A stretch of 64,000 nucleotides of DNA from Solirubrobacterales bacterium (GCA_035461385.1 DATHVI010000174.1:29483-93482); one strand, 5' to 3'; numbered from the stretch's first letter, positions 20,996-30,420 are shown. The notes: generated by a model not told the origin, from the sequence alone. Made by a program: numbers and translations.

Positions 20996-22183
20996 GTGGC
21001 TGTGCGCCTGCGACCAGCGTCGAGGCTCGCCGAGCGTCCGGCGCTGACGGCGTTCGGAGGCGTCTTCGTCGTCACCCTGCTCGGCCTGCTGGCGATCGGG
21101 GCGACCCTCCCGGTGCTTCCGCGCTACGTCCGCGGCCCGCTCGGCTCCGGAGACCTCGAGGTCGGGATCGTCACCGGGGCGTTTGCGATCACCGGGCTTG
21201 CCTCGCGCCCGCTCGCGGGCCACTTCGCCGATCGCCGCGGGCGCAAGCGCGTCGTCATCCTCGGCTCGCTGCTGTCGGCGGTCGCGGGGGCGCTCTACTT
21301 CGTCCCCGCCGGCGTCCCCGGCCTGATCGTCGCCCGGCTGTTCCTCGGCGCCGGCGAGGGCATGGTCTACACCGCGGGATCGGCCTGGGTCGTCGACCTC
21401 TCCCCCCGATCCCGCCGCGGCCGGGTGATCGGGCTTTACGGGCTTGCGATCTGGGGCGGCCTCGCGCTCGGACCGCCGATCGGGGACCTGGTCCTGCGGT
21501 TCGCGAGCTTCGAGGCGGTGTGGGCGTTCGCGGCCGCGGCCCCGCTCGCCGGGGTGGCGATCGCGACCCGGATCCCGGCATCGTTCAAGCCCCGCGCCGA
21601 CGCCGACTTCGAGCGCCGGCTCGTCTCCCACGAGGCGCTCGGGCCCGGCATCGGGCTTGCGCTGGCGATCGTCGGCTACGCGGCGATGGCGGCGTTTGTC
21701 GTCCTCCACCTCGACGCCCGCGGGATCGGGCACGGAGCCGAGGTCTTCACCGCGTTCGCGGCCTCCGTGGTCGGGATGCGGATCCTCGGCGGCGGCCTCC
21801 CCGACCGGATCGGCTCGGTGCGCTCGGCGACGGCGGCCGGCCTGGTCGAGGCTGCCGGGCTGGTGACGATCGCAGCCGCCGGCGATCTCGGCGTCGCGCT
21901 GATCGGCGCCGTGGCGATGGGCGCGGGCTTCTCGCTCCTGTTCCCGTCGCTGGCGCTGATCGTCATCAACCGGGTTCCCGAGGAGCGGCGCGCGGTCGCG
22001 ATGGGAACGTTCACCGCGTTCTTCGACCTCGGCGTCGGGGTCGGCGCCCCGCTCGCCGGCGTCGCCGCGTCGCTCGGCGGCTACTCGGCGGCGTTCGTCT
22101 TCGCGGCGGTCTGCGCGCTCGGCGCCGTCGCCGTCGCGCTGTCGCTCGCAGGCGGGGGCTCGGCGTCCCAGAGCGCCGGCTGA
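20996..22183 (+). CDS. MFS transporter
   Basis: 395 aa, about 12 hydrophobic segments; DRRGRKRV loop motif between TM2 and TM3. Confidence 0.85.
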   Translation: MAVRLRPASRLAERPALTAFGGVFVVTLLGLLAIGATLPVLPRYVRGPLGSGDLEVGIVTGAFAITGLASRPLAGHFADRRGRKRVVILGSLLSAVAGALYFVPAGVPGLIVARLFLGAGEGMVYTAGSAWVVDLSPRSRRGRVIGLYGLAIWGGLALGPPIGDLVLRFASFEAVWAFAAAAPLAGVAIATRIPASFKPRADADFERRLVSHEALGPGIGLALAIVGYAAMAAFVVLHLDARGIGHGAEVFTAFAASVVGMRILGGGLPDRIGSVRSATAAGLVEAAGLVTIAAAGDLGVALIGAVAMGAGFSLLFPSLALIVINRVPEERRAVAMGTFTAFFDLGVGVGAPLAGVAASLGGYSAAFVFAAVCALGAVAVALSLAGGGSASQSAG

Positions 22184-23201
22184 TCGGGCGGCGGATCGGG
22201 ACCCGGCCCGGCGCTCGCCGGGCGCCGGTTCTCCCGCCGCGGCCGCCGGGGGATCGAGCGCCCCGCTGCCCGCCCGCTCCGGGCCAGCGCCGCGAGCCGC
22301 TCGCGCTCGTCCTTTCGCATGTATGCGCCGCGCCGGTACAGCTCCTCGTAGCGGGGGACGAGGTCGGGGCGGTACTGGCGCAGCCAGTCGAACCAGATCT
22401 CCCGCACCTCCCCGCGGAGGTGGAGCCCGATCCCGCTGACGCTCCGGGCTCCGGCCTCGCCGAGCCGGCCGAGCAGCTCCTCGACCTGGTGCGGCGAGTC
22501 GTTGATCCCCGGCATCAGCGGCGCGACCAGCACCCCGGTCGGGACCCCGGCCCGGTTGAGCTCGGCGACGGCCTCGATCCGCTTTCGCGGGTGGGGCGTG
22601 TGCGGCTCGGTCTCGCGCCAGGTCTTGCGGTCGAGGGTCGGGATCGAGAGGTTGGCGACGAACTCGGTCCGCTCGACGAGCTGCTTGAAGACCGGGAGGT
22701 CGCGGAGCAGCAGCGGCGACTTGGTCAGCACCGAGCACGGGTTGGCGAAGTCCCGCATCGCCTCCCAGATCCCGGCCATCAGCCGGTAGCGCCCCTCGAC
22801 CCACTGGTACGGATCGGTGTTGGTCCCGAGCGCGACGTGCTCACCGGCCCACGACGGCCGTGCGAGCTCGGCCCGCAGCAGCTCGGGCACGTTGACCTTG
22901 ACGACGATCTCGCGCTCGAAGTCCTCGCGCGCGTTCAGGTCGAGGTAGGTGTGGGTCGGGCGGGCGAAGCAGTAGACCCGCCTAAGACGCACGCATGGGT
23001 GCATCCCCGGTACGGGTTGATCGTCCAGCGAAACGGCATCCGCGACCGCTCCGGGACGCGGTTGAGCGCCGAGCGCGCCTGGACCTCGTGGAAGCGGATC
23101 CCGACCGCCTCCGGCGCGTCGAACGTCCGCACAACCGAGTCACCCAGCCCGGGGAGCAGCCCCTGCGCGCGCCTGCCCCTTTCCAGGTTCTCCCATCGCA
23201 T
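22081..23201 (-). pseudogene. Rv2578c/SplB-like radical SAM protein, disrupted by an 11-nt insertion in the CX3CX2C motif
   Basis: The N-terminal ORF (23201-22935) ends ...NPYRGCTHACV. The C-terminal ORF resumes ...VYCFARPTHTYLD in another frame. The coding strand reads tgc acc cat gcg tgc gtc [ttaggcgggtc] tac tgc ttc gcc; the insert is forward 22975-22985. Confidence 0.8.
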
Positions 23202-23202
23202 A

Positions 23203-23216
23203 CGAACCTATGTTCG
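23203..23216 (-). promoter_or_regulatory. LexA (SOS) box CGAAC-N4-GTTCG
   Basis: Forward sequence cgaacctatgttcg, one nucleotide upstream of the radical SAM ATG (23201). Confidence 0.7.
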
Positions 23217-23263
23217 CACAAGCGGCGGACGCCGGTTCCCGGGCCGCCGGGCGTGAGCACTGA

Positions 23264-24313
23264 TCAGCCGTCGCTCTCGAGCTCGGCCGGGACGATCGAG
23301 CGCGCGCGGACCGCGCCCTCGCGGACGAGCTGCGCGGTGACCGCGCGGCCGATCAGCTCCTCGACCATCAGCCGCTGCAGGTCGCCGGCCGACTCGACTC
23401 GCTCGCCGTCGACCTCGACGATCACGTCCCCGGGGCGGATTCCCGCTCGCTCCGCGGGGCTGCCGGCGACAACCTCGACGACCTCGACGCCGCGCTCGGC
23501 GCCGGTCTCGCGCCGGGCGCGCGGCGGCAGCGGGCTCGGGCCGCCGGCGATGCCGAGGTAGGCGCGCCTGACCCGGCCCCGGTTGATCAGCGCGGCGACG
23601 ATCCTGCGGGTCGAGGAGTTGATCGGCACCGCGAGCCCAAGGCCGATCCCGGCGACTGCGGTGTTGATACCCACCACCCGGCTCTCGCCGTCGGCGAGCG
23701 CGCCGCCCGAGTTGCCCGGGTTGAGCGCCGCGTCGGTCTGGACCACGTTGTCGATCACCCGGACCCCGCCCGGGGCTCGCGCGGGCAGCGCGCGCCCGAG
23801 CGCCGAGACGACCCCTGCCGTGACCGAGCCCTCGAGGCCGTGCGGGTTGCCGATCGCGACGACGAGCTGGCCGACCCGCAGCCGTTCGGCATCGCCGAGC
23901 TCGGCCGGGACGAGGTCGCCGGCATCGGCGCGGACGACGGCGAGATCGGACATCGGGTCGCTGCCGACGAGCTCGAAGCGCAGCTCGCGCCCGTCGGTGA
24001 ACCGCGCCCTCCCGGTCGCCGAGCGGCCGGCGACGACGTGAGCGGAGGTGAGAATGAAGCCGTCGGCGCTCAAGACGACGCCACTACCCGCCCCAGCCGG
24101 CAACCGCCCGCGCCGGGTCGAGCGCTGGACCCCGAGGTTGGCGACCGAGCGCGAGAGCCGCTCGGCGACGCCGACCACGGCGCGGGAGTAGGCGTCGAGG
24201 GCCTCGATTTCACGCCGCTCGGCGGCGTCGGGATGCCGAGGAGGATCCGAGGTCGGGCGTCCGTCGAGCCCGGCGCCCGTCGCCCCGGCCGCCGGCAGCA
24301 GCCCGGAGCTCAC
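23264..24313 (-). CDS. S1C (HtrA/DegP-like) serine protease with PDZ domain
   Basis: 349 aa with an intact triad context (TSAHVV, DLAVV, GNSGGAL) and a C-terminal PDZ domain (GVEVVEVVAGSPAERAGIRPGDVIVEVDG). Confidence 0.9.
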   Translation of the reverse strand: MSSGLLPAAGATGAGLDGRPTSDPPRHPDAAERREIEALDAYSRAVVGVAERLSRSVANLGVQRSTRRGRLPAGAGSGVVLSADGFILTSAHVVAGRSATGRARFTDGRELRFELVGSDPMSDLAVVRADAGDLVPAELGDAERLRVGQLVVAIGNPHGLEGSVTAGVVSALGRALPARAPGGVRVIDNVVQTDAALNPGNSGGALADGESRVVGINTAVAGIGLGLAVPINSSTRRIVAALINRGRVRRAYLGIAGGPSPLPPRARRETGAERGVEVVEVVAGSPAERAGIRPGDVIVEVDGERVESAGDLQRLMVEELIGRAVTAQLVREGAVRARSIVPAELESDG

Positions 24314-25206
24314 GCCGGCTCCTTCTCGGCGCCGAGGTCGACCTCGACCTCGCGCTCCTCCGCTCCGCGGACGACGGTGAGCGCAAGCCTTCCGGGGGCG
24401 CCTGCGATCGCCTCGTGGAGGGCGTCGATTCCCTCGAGGTCGGCACCCGCGGCGGCGACGATCAGGTCGCCGCGCTCGAGGCCGGCACGGGCGGCCGGAG
24501 TTCCGCCCTCGACCGCGCGCACGAGCACCCCCTCGCGCTCGGGGAGCCCGAGCGCGCGCTGCAGGCGGCGGGCGACGCGCGGCGGGGCGACCGCGACCCC
24601 GAGATAGCGCGGCTCGGCGCTCTCGCCGCCGACCAGCCGCTCGATCCGCTCACGGGCCGAGCCGCCGAGGGCGACGATCAGCCCGCCTTCGACCCGCAGC
24701 AGGTTGATGCCGACGAGGCCCCCGGATGCGTCGAGGAGGGGGCCCCCCGCGGAGCCCCGTGGGAGCGCGGTCGAATGCTCGATCGCCCCTTCGACCGGCC
24801 GCCCGCGCGCGCCTCGGAGGCGGCGCTCGGTGGCGACGACGAAGCCGAGCGACGCGCGCAGCCCGCGCTCGCCGGGGCGGGCGAGGGCGACCACGGCGGC
24901 GCCGGCGCGGAGCTCGCCGGCGGCCCACCCGAGGGGCTCGACGTCGGCGGTGTCGACTTCCACCAGCGCGAGGCCGAGATCGCGGTCGGCGGCCCCGACC
25001 GCGCCGGTCGCCGACCGGCCGTCGGCGAACCTGACCGCTACCTCCCCCCCGCCAACCCGGTGGGCGCTCGTCAGCACCCGTCCGTCGGCGGCGACGAACC
25101 CGCTCGCGACCCGCCATCCGGTCCCGATCCCGACGACCGCGCGCCCCTGCGCGGCGGCAACCCCGGCGACGGTCTCCTCGATCTCACCCAGCAGCGTCAT
25201 CGACAC
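24310..25206 (-). CDS. trypsin-like/PDZ protein, HtrA paralog with GSAGGP in place of GxSGGP
   Basis: 298 aa; its stop overlaps the start of the downstream protease by 4 nt. His (TSAHRV) and Asp contexts are present, but the nucleophile position reads Ala (LPRGSAGGPLLD). Confidence 0.8.
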   Translation of the reverse strand: MSMTLLGEIEETVAGVAAAQGRAVVGIGTGWRVASGFVAADGRVLTSAHRVGGGEVAVRFADGRSATGAVGAADRDLGLALVEVDTADVEPLGWAAGELRAGAAVVALARPGERGLRASLGFVVATERRLRGARGRPVEGAIEHSTALPRGSAGGPLLDASGGLVGINLLRVEGGLIVALGGSARERIERLVGGESAEPRYLGVAVAPPRVARRLQRALGLPEREGVLVRAVEGGTPAARAGLERGDLIVAAAGADLEGIDALHEAIAGAPGRLALTVVRGAEEREVEVDLGAEKEPA

Positions 25207-25233
25207 CCCTTCCCGCCTCCGGGGCGCCCGGAG

Positions 25234-25256
25234 GCAAGCTACTTGCTAGTTGCAAG
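25234..25256. promoter_or_regulatory. candidate operator: GCAAG-cta-CTTGC-tagtt-GCAAG
   Basis: Three alternating copies of a 5-mer in a locally AT-richer spacer between the protease operon and the divergent hxlR-type gene. Confidence 0.3.
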
Positions 25257-25284
25257 TCGATAGTACCAATGTAGGCTTGGAGCC

Positions 25285-25740
25285 GTGGCGCCCGAGCGAT
25301 CCGAAAGCGACCCGTCGGCACCCGCCGAAGCCGGCCGCGCCGGCCTCCGCGCGGCGGCCGACGCGGTCGGCGAGCGCTGGAAGCTGCTCGTGATCGCCTC
25401 GCTGCTCGACGGGCCGCGGCGGTTCGGCGACCTCGAGCGAGAGCTCGAGGGGATCGCCCCGAACGTCCTCAGCGCCCGGCTTCGCGCCCTCGAGGCCGAC
25501 GGACTCGTCGTCGCCCGGCCCTACAGCGACCGCCCGCCCCGCTACACCTACGAGCTGACCGAGCTCGCTCGCGGATTGGCCGGCGCGATCAACTTGCTCG
25601 CCGCCTGGGGGGCCGGCGATCGAGCCACGGCGGCGCCTGTCCACCGGGCCTGCGGAACGCCGCTCTCGGCCGGCTGGTACTGCTCGACGTGCGAGCAGCC
25701 GGTCTCGGACCCCGACGCCGAGGAGCTCGACTTCGCCTGA
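25285..25740 (+). CDS. HxlR-family winged-helix transcriptional regulator
   Basis: 151 aa; GERWKLLVIASLLDGPRRFGDLERELEGIAPNVLSARLRALEADGLV...YELT. Confidence 0.85.
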   Translation: MAPERSESDPSAPAEAGRAGLRAAADAVGERWKLLVIASLLDGPRRFGDLERELEGIAPNVLSARLRALEADGLVVARPYSDRPPRYTYELTELARGLAGAINLLAAWGAGDRATAAPVHRACGTPLSAGWYCSTCEQPVSDPDAEELDFA

Positions 25741-25905
25741 GCGCGCTCCCCGGTCCGGATCAGCCCCTGAAGCATCTCGCCGACGACCGCCGGCGCTAGC
25801 GTGCGATCCGCTCGTGGGCGCCGATGTCGGGGCGCTTGCCCCGTCGCTGGCCGCGCCGCCCGCGTCCGGGCGCGGGGGCGACCGGCTCGGCCCGATCGGC
25901 GCCGC

Positions 25906-26568
25906 TCAGGCCGGGATCGCCGCGGCGAGCGCCTGCCGAGCCCTGGGGACGAGCTCGGGCGGGATCCAGTGGCCGGCGTCCGTCTCGACGTAGTCGGCGT
26001 CGAGACCGGCGGCGGAGAGGAGCTCGCTCGCCCGCCGGCCGAAGCCGACCTCCATGATCGGGTCTCGGCGACCGTGGTGGATCAGGACCGGGAGCCCCTC
26101 GCGGCCGTCGAGGTCGGGCTCCCAGCCCTCGACCGTGGGGATGAAGCCGCTGAACGCCAGGATCCCCGCCGGCGACGGGCGCCCGGGGCCGAGCGAGACG
26201 GCGTAGGACATCACCGTCCCCATCGAGAACCCGCCGATCACCGCCCGCTCCCAGCCGATCCCGCGGGCGGCGAGCAGCGAGTCGAGGAACCGCGTCAGCA
26301 GGCCGTAGCTGTGCGCGAACGTCTCCGGGTCGGGGTAGCCGACCCGGGGCACCAGGTACCAGTGGCGCCCGCCGGGCGGGATCCCGGTCAGCGGCGCCCC
26401 CGGCGTCACTCCGAGCAGCCGTCGTTCGGGGTCGAGCTCGTCGAGGAGGCCGCTGAGGTCGTGCTCGTCGGTGCCGCGCCCGTGGTTGAGGATCAGCGCC
26501 CCCTCGGGCTCGGCCGCGGGCTCGCGGATGACGTGGACGAGGCTCTCGGCCCCGGGGCGGATCGCCAC
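25906..26568 (-). CDS. alpha/beta hydrolase (phospholipase/carboxylesterase family)
   Basis: GTG 26568, 5 nt after the upstream stop. Nucleophile elbow GFSMG; HHGRRDP and DAGHW motifs. Confidence 0.8.
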   Translation of the reverse strand: MAIRPGAESLVHVIREPAAEPEGALILNHGRGTDEHDLSGLLDELDPERRLLGVTPGAPLTGIPPGGRHWYLVPRVGYPDPETFAHSYGLLTRFLDSLLAARGIGWERAVIGGFSMGTVMSYAVSLGPGRPSPAGILAFSGFIPTVEGWEPDLDGREGLPVLIHHGRRDPIMEVGFGRRASELLSAAGLDADYVETDAGHWIPPELVPRARQALAAAIPA

Positions 26569-26573
26569 TGCGC

Positions 26574-27497
26574 TCAGTTGCCCGCCGCGACCTGGCGCGG
26601 ATTCGAGATCGGCACCAGCACCTGCTCGATCTGCTCGCGGTGGGACTCGAGGAACGGCGGCAGGATCAGCTCCTCGCCGAGGCGCTCCGGATCCTCGTCG
26701 ACCGCGAACCCGGGACCGATCGTCGCGATCTCGAACAGCACCCCGCTCGGCTCGCGGAAGTAGATCGAGCGGAACCAGAAGCGGTCGATCACCGGCGTCG
26801 GCCTCGCCCCGGCTCCGACCACCCGCTCGCGCCAGCGGACGTGATCGTCGATCGTCGACGCCCAGGCGATGTGGTGGACGGTGCCCGCCCCCTGAATGCC
26901 CGCGTGCCCAGGCGGCTCGTCGTAGGCCCACGACGAGCCGCGATCCTCGCCGCGCGCCTCCCACTCACCGTCGCGCTCGGCGAACCCAAGCCCGTCGGCG
27001 AGCAGCGGCCGGCTGCGCTCGGGGTCGATCGCGTACGCCCGCGTGCCGTCGAACCCCTGCAGCGCGAGCTCGCGCGGGACCTCCGGGTGGTCGGCGATCA
27101 GCGGCTCGTCGCCGCTCGCGTCGACCCGAAGCTCGTGCGCGAGGCCCTCGTGATCGTTGAACCGCAGCCGGTCCGAGTCGCGCTCGGCCTCGTGCCCGGC
27201 GGCGCCGAGCCGCTCGGCCCAGAAGTCGAGCGCCTCCGGAGAGCCGACGCGCCAGCCGATCCGGTGGATCATCCCCGCGCCCGGGCGGCCGATCGGCGCG
27301 CCGCGGAACTCGAAGAAGGTCAGGTCCGACCCGGGGCTCCCCTGCTCGTCGGCATAGAAGAGGTGGTAGACGCTCGGCTCGTCCTGGTTCACCGTCTTCT
27401 TGACCAGCCGCAGCCCGAGGAGGCCGGCGTAGAAGTCGACGTTCGCCTGCGCGTCGGCGGTGATCGCCGTGATGTGGTGGATTCCGTCGAGCTTCAT
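26574..27497 (-). CDS. VOC-family ring-cleaving dioxygenase (two glyoxalase-like domains)
   Basis: 307 aa; GIHHITAITADAQANVDFYAGLLGLRLVKKTVNQDEPSVYHLFY. Confidence 0.85.
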   Translation of the reverse strand: MKLDGIHHITAITADAQANVDFYAGLLGLRLVKKTVNQDEPSVYHLFYADEQGSPGSDLTFFEFRGAPIGRPGAGMIHRIGWRVGSPEALDFWAERLGAAGHEAERDSDRLRFNDHEGLAHELRVDASGDEPLIADHPEVPRELALQGFDGTRAYAIDPERSRPLLADGLGFAERDGEWEARGEDRGSSWAYDEPPGHAGIQGAGTVHHIAWASTIDDHVRWRERVVGAGARPTPVIDRFWFRSIYFREPSGVLFEIATIGPGFAVDEDPERLGEELILPPFLESHREQIEQVLVPISNPRQVAAGN

Positions 27498-27644
27498 GCG
27501 TGCCTCCTCGATCTAATTGCAGCTACAACTATATCCGGCGCCGGTTTGCTTGCCCCGCCCCGTGTTCCCGGCGCCGCAGCGGCTGAATCGAGGACCGAAG
27601 CTTGTACGAACACGCTCCCGGGTAGGCGGGTACGCTCCGGGGCC

Positions 27645-29036
27645 ATGACCGTCGACACCACCACCCACGGCAGGACCGAGATCGACCGCGACCGCGTCGC
27701 GGCCTTGACCGAGCGCCAGATGGCGTTCCTGACCGAGCGCACGCCGGCGTCGAAGCAGCGCTTCGAGCGCGGGATCAAGGTGATGCCGGGCGGGGTCCCG
27801 TCGTCGTTCCAGGAGAACGAGCCCTGGCCCGTCTACCTCGAGCGCGGCGAGGGCGCGCGCGTCTGGGACGTCGACGGCCGCGAGTACGTCGACTTCCACA
27901 ACGGGTTCGGCGTCATGTGCATCGGCCACGCGAACCCGACCGTCGGGGCGGCCGTCAAGGCCCGGATCGACCTCGGTACCCACTTCGCCGCGCCGACCGA
28001 CGGCTCGATCGCGGTCGCCGAGGAGCTCGCCGACCGGTTCGGGCTGCCGCAGTGGCGGTTCACCAACTCCGGCACCGAGTCGACGATGGACGCCGTCCAC
28101 CTCGCCCGCGGGGCCACCGGCCGCGACGTCGTGCTGAAGATCGAGGGCTCCTACCACGGCCACCACGACGCGGTGATGGTCTCGGTCTACCCCGAGCTCG
28201 AGGCGCTCGGCGAGCGCGACGACCCGGTCTCGGTCCCCTACGGCGAGGGCTACCCCCGGGCGCTCACCGAGCTCACCCGCGCGGTCCCGTTCAACGATGC
28301 CGACGCGCTCGAGCGCGTGCTGGAGAAGCTCGACGGCCAGGTCGCCTGCCTGATCATGGAGCCGGCGATGATGAACATCAACATCATCCCGCCGGTCGAC
28401 GGCTACCTCGAGCGGGTCCGCGAGCTGACCCGCGAGCACGGGGTGAAGCTGGTCTTCGACGAGGTCAAGACCGGGGCGACGATCGCCCGTGGCGGCGCGA
28501 CGCAGCGGTTCGGGGTCGAGCCGGACATGATCACCCTCGCGAAGGCGGTCTGCGGCGGCTACCCGGGCGGCGCGATCGGGATGACCGACGAGGTCGCCGA
28601 GCTCGTCGCCAGCGGCCGCGTCCACCAGTACGGGACCTTCAACGGCAACCCGCTGGTGATGGCGGCGGCCGAGGCGACGCTGACCGGCGTGCTCACCGAC
28701 GACGCCTACGAGCAGCTCGAGTCGTCGAACCGCTGGCTGCTAAGCGCCTGCGACGACGTCATCGAGCGCTACGGCCTGCCGTGCTACACGGTCGGCCTCG
28801 GCGCCAAGGGCTGCGTCATCTTCGCCCCCGAGCCGCTGCGCGAGTACCGCGACTACCTGAGCAAGGTCGACGGCGAGCTCTCGACCCTCGCCTGGCTCTA
28901 CCACATGAACAACGGCGTCTTCATGACCCCCGGCGTCGAGGAGGAGTGGACGCTGTCGATCGCCCACTCCGAGCCCGACCTGCAGCGGTTCGTCGACGCG
29001 CTCGAGGCGTTCGCGCGCGACGTCACCGGCGGCTGA
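27645..29036 (+). CDS. class III (PLP) aminotransferase, GSA-aminomutase-like
   Basis: ATG 27645, 463 aa. Motifs: FTNSGTESTMDAV, LVFDEVKTG, TLAKAVCGGYPGGA. Confidence 0.9.
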   Translation: MTVDTTTHGRTEIDRDRVAALTERQMAFLTERTPASKQRFERGIKVMPGGVPSSFQENEPWPVYLERGEGARVWDVDGREYVDFHNGFGVMCIGHANPTVGAAVKARIDLGTHFAAPTDGSIAVAEELADRFGLPQWRFTNSGTESTMDAVHLARGATGRDVVLKIEGSYHGHHDAVMVSVYPELEALGERDDPVSVPYGEGYPRALTELTRAVPFNDADALERVLEKLDGQVACLIMEPAMMNINIIPPVDGYLERVRELTREHGVKLVFDEVKTGATIARGGATQRFGVEPDMITLAKAVCGGYPGGAIGMTDEVAELVASGRVHQYGTFNGNPLVMAAAEATLTGVLTDDAYEQLESSNRWLLSACDDVIERYGLPCYTVGLGAKGCVIFAPEPLREYRDYLSKVDGELSTLAWLYHMNNGVFMTPGVEEEWTLSIAHSEPDLQRFVDALEAFARDVTGG

Positions 29037-29127
29037 CCGTCCGCCACCTGGACCAGCCACGCAAGGGATCCAGCACTACCGGACGCGACCCAGCGGCAAG
29101 GACCCGGCCGCATTTGATGCGCTGGTG

Positions 29128-30420
29128 CTAGTCGCAGATCGAGTTCGGCGGCCCTGGATTGATGTCCTTGACCCGCTTGGTGCGCTTCGCGGTGCCGTCG
29201 GTGCGCCAGAGCTCGAATCCGGTCTGGCCGTCGTCGGCGGCGAAGTAGAGCCTGCGCCCGAACCGCTCGAGCGTGAACGGGAACGAGTCGGGGGGGCCCG
29301 GGTTGATGTCCTTCATCCGCCTCGTGCCCTTCGCGGTGCCGTCGGTGCGCCAGAGCTCGTGGCCCGTCTGGCCGTCGTGGGCGTTGAAGTAGAGCCGCGT
29401 TCCGAGGCGCACGAATCCCGACGCCGACGAGCTGGCCGGTCCGGGGCTGATGTCCTTCACGCGTCTGGTGCCCTTCGCGGTGCCGTTCGTCCGCCAGAGC
29501 TCTTGGCCGGTCTCCCCGTCGTCGGCAGCGAAGTAGAGTCTCCGCCCGAACCTCTCGAACGAGAACGGGAACGAGTTGGGCGGGCCCGGGTTGATGTCCT
29601 TCATCCGCCTCGTGCCCTTCGCGGTGCCGTCGGTGCGCCAGAGCTCGTGACCTGTCTGCCCGTCGTCCGCGGCGAAGTAGAGCCGCCTCCCGAGTCGTGT
29701 GAGCGAGAGGGGAGTCGAGCCGTCTTGCCCCGGGTCGATGTCCTTCACGCGCCTCGTGCCCTTCGCGGTGCCGTCCGTGCGCCAGAGCTCGTGGCCTGTC
29801 TGGCCATCGTTGGCAGCGAAGTAGAGCCTCTTCCCGAGCACCGCGAGCGAGTGCGGGGTCGAGCTGCCGGGTCCCGGATTGATGTCCTTCAACCGCCTCG
29901 TGCCCTTCGCGGTGCCATCGGTGCGCCAGAGCTCGTGGCCGGTCTGGCCGTCGTCGGCAGAGAAGTAGAGCCGCTTGTTGAATCGCTGGAATTCCTCCGG
30001 GCCCGAGTCGGCCGGGCCGGGGTTGATGTTCTTCAACCGCCTCGTGCCCTTCCGCGTCCCGTCAGTGCGCCAGAGCTCGTCACCGGCAATTGCATCGCGC
30101 GCGCCGAAGTAGAGCCTCTTCTCGAACTGCCGGAACCCGAACGGGGACGAGCCAACCGGTCCGCCCTGGATGTCGGCGAACAACCTTGTCGTCCTCGCCG
30201 TGCCGCCCGACCGCCACAGCTCGCAGCCGGCCTTTCCGTCGTCGGCCACGAGGTAGAGGTTGCCGTCGAACGCTCCGAGACTCTCGGCCCGCGCGTCGGG
30301 GCCGGATGCGACGGCGATTGCGAGAAGCGCGCCAGCGACCAGCAAGGCCGAGAGCGGACGAAATCCGGCGACGGCCGCCCGCACCGGCGGGCGTGGCCGG
30401 GATCGAGTCATCTCGGGCAT
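29128..30420 (-). CDS. secreted ELWxxDGT-repeat protein
   Basis: ATG 30420 with AAGGAGGGAG upstream. Arg-rich signal peptide, then eight units of about 48 aa (...LYFxAxDGxTGxELWRTDGTAKGTRRxKDINPGP...). Confidence 0.85.
   Translation of the reverse strand: MPEMTRSRPRPPVRAAVAGFRPLSALLVAGALLAIAVASGPDARAESLGAFDGNLYLVADDGKAGCELWRSGGTARTTRLFADIQGGPVGSSPFGFRQFEKRLYFGARDAIAGDELWRTDGTRKGTRRLKNINPGPADSGPEEFQRFNKRLYFSADDGQTGHELWRTDGTAKGTRRLKDINPGPGSSTPHSLAVLGKRLYFAANDGQTGHELWRTDGTAKGTRRVKDIDPGQDGSTPLSLTRLGRRLYFAADDGQTGHELWRTDGTAKGTRRMKDINPGPPNSFPFSFERFGRRLYFAADDGETGQELWRTNGTAKGTRRVKDISPGPASSSASGFVRLGTRLYFNAHDGQTGHELWRTDGTAKGTRRMKDINPGPPDSFPFTLERFGRRLYFAADDGQTGFELWRTDGTAKRTKRVKDINPGPPNSICD
29131..30261 (-). 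repeat. in-frame tandem coding repeats of about 144 bp (8 units) inside the ELWxxDGT gene
   Basis: The motif gagctctggcgcac(c/g)gacgg recurs at regular spacing; several units are near-identical at the protein level. Confidence 0.8.

Noticed and set aside
22935-23010. Programmed ribosomal frameshift in the radical SAM gene
   Set aside because: There is no slippery heptamer. The break is explained by an 11-nt insertion that splits the CX3CX2C motif, so it is a disruption, not recoding.
29131-30261. Regularly spaced repeats considered as a possible CRISPR array
   Set aside because: The period is about 144 bp with no unique spacers. The repeats are in frame and encode the ELWxxDGT protein motif, and no cas genes are present.
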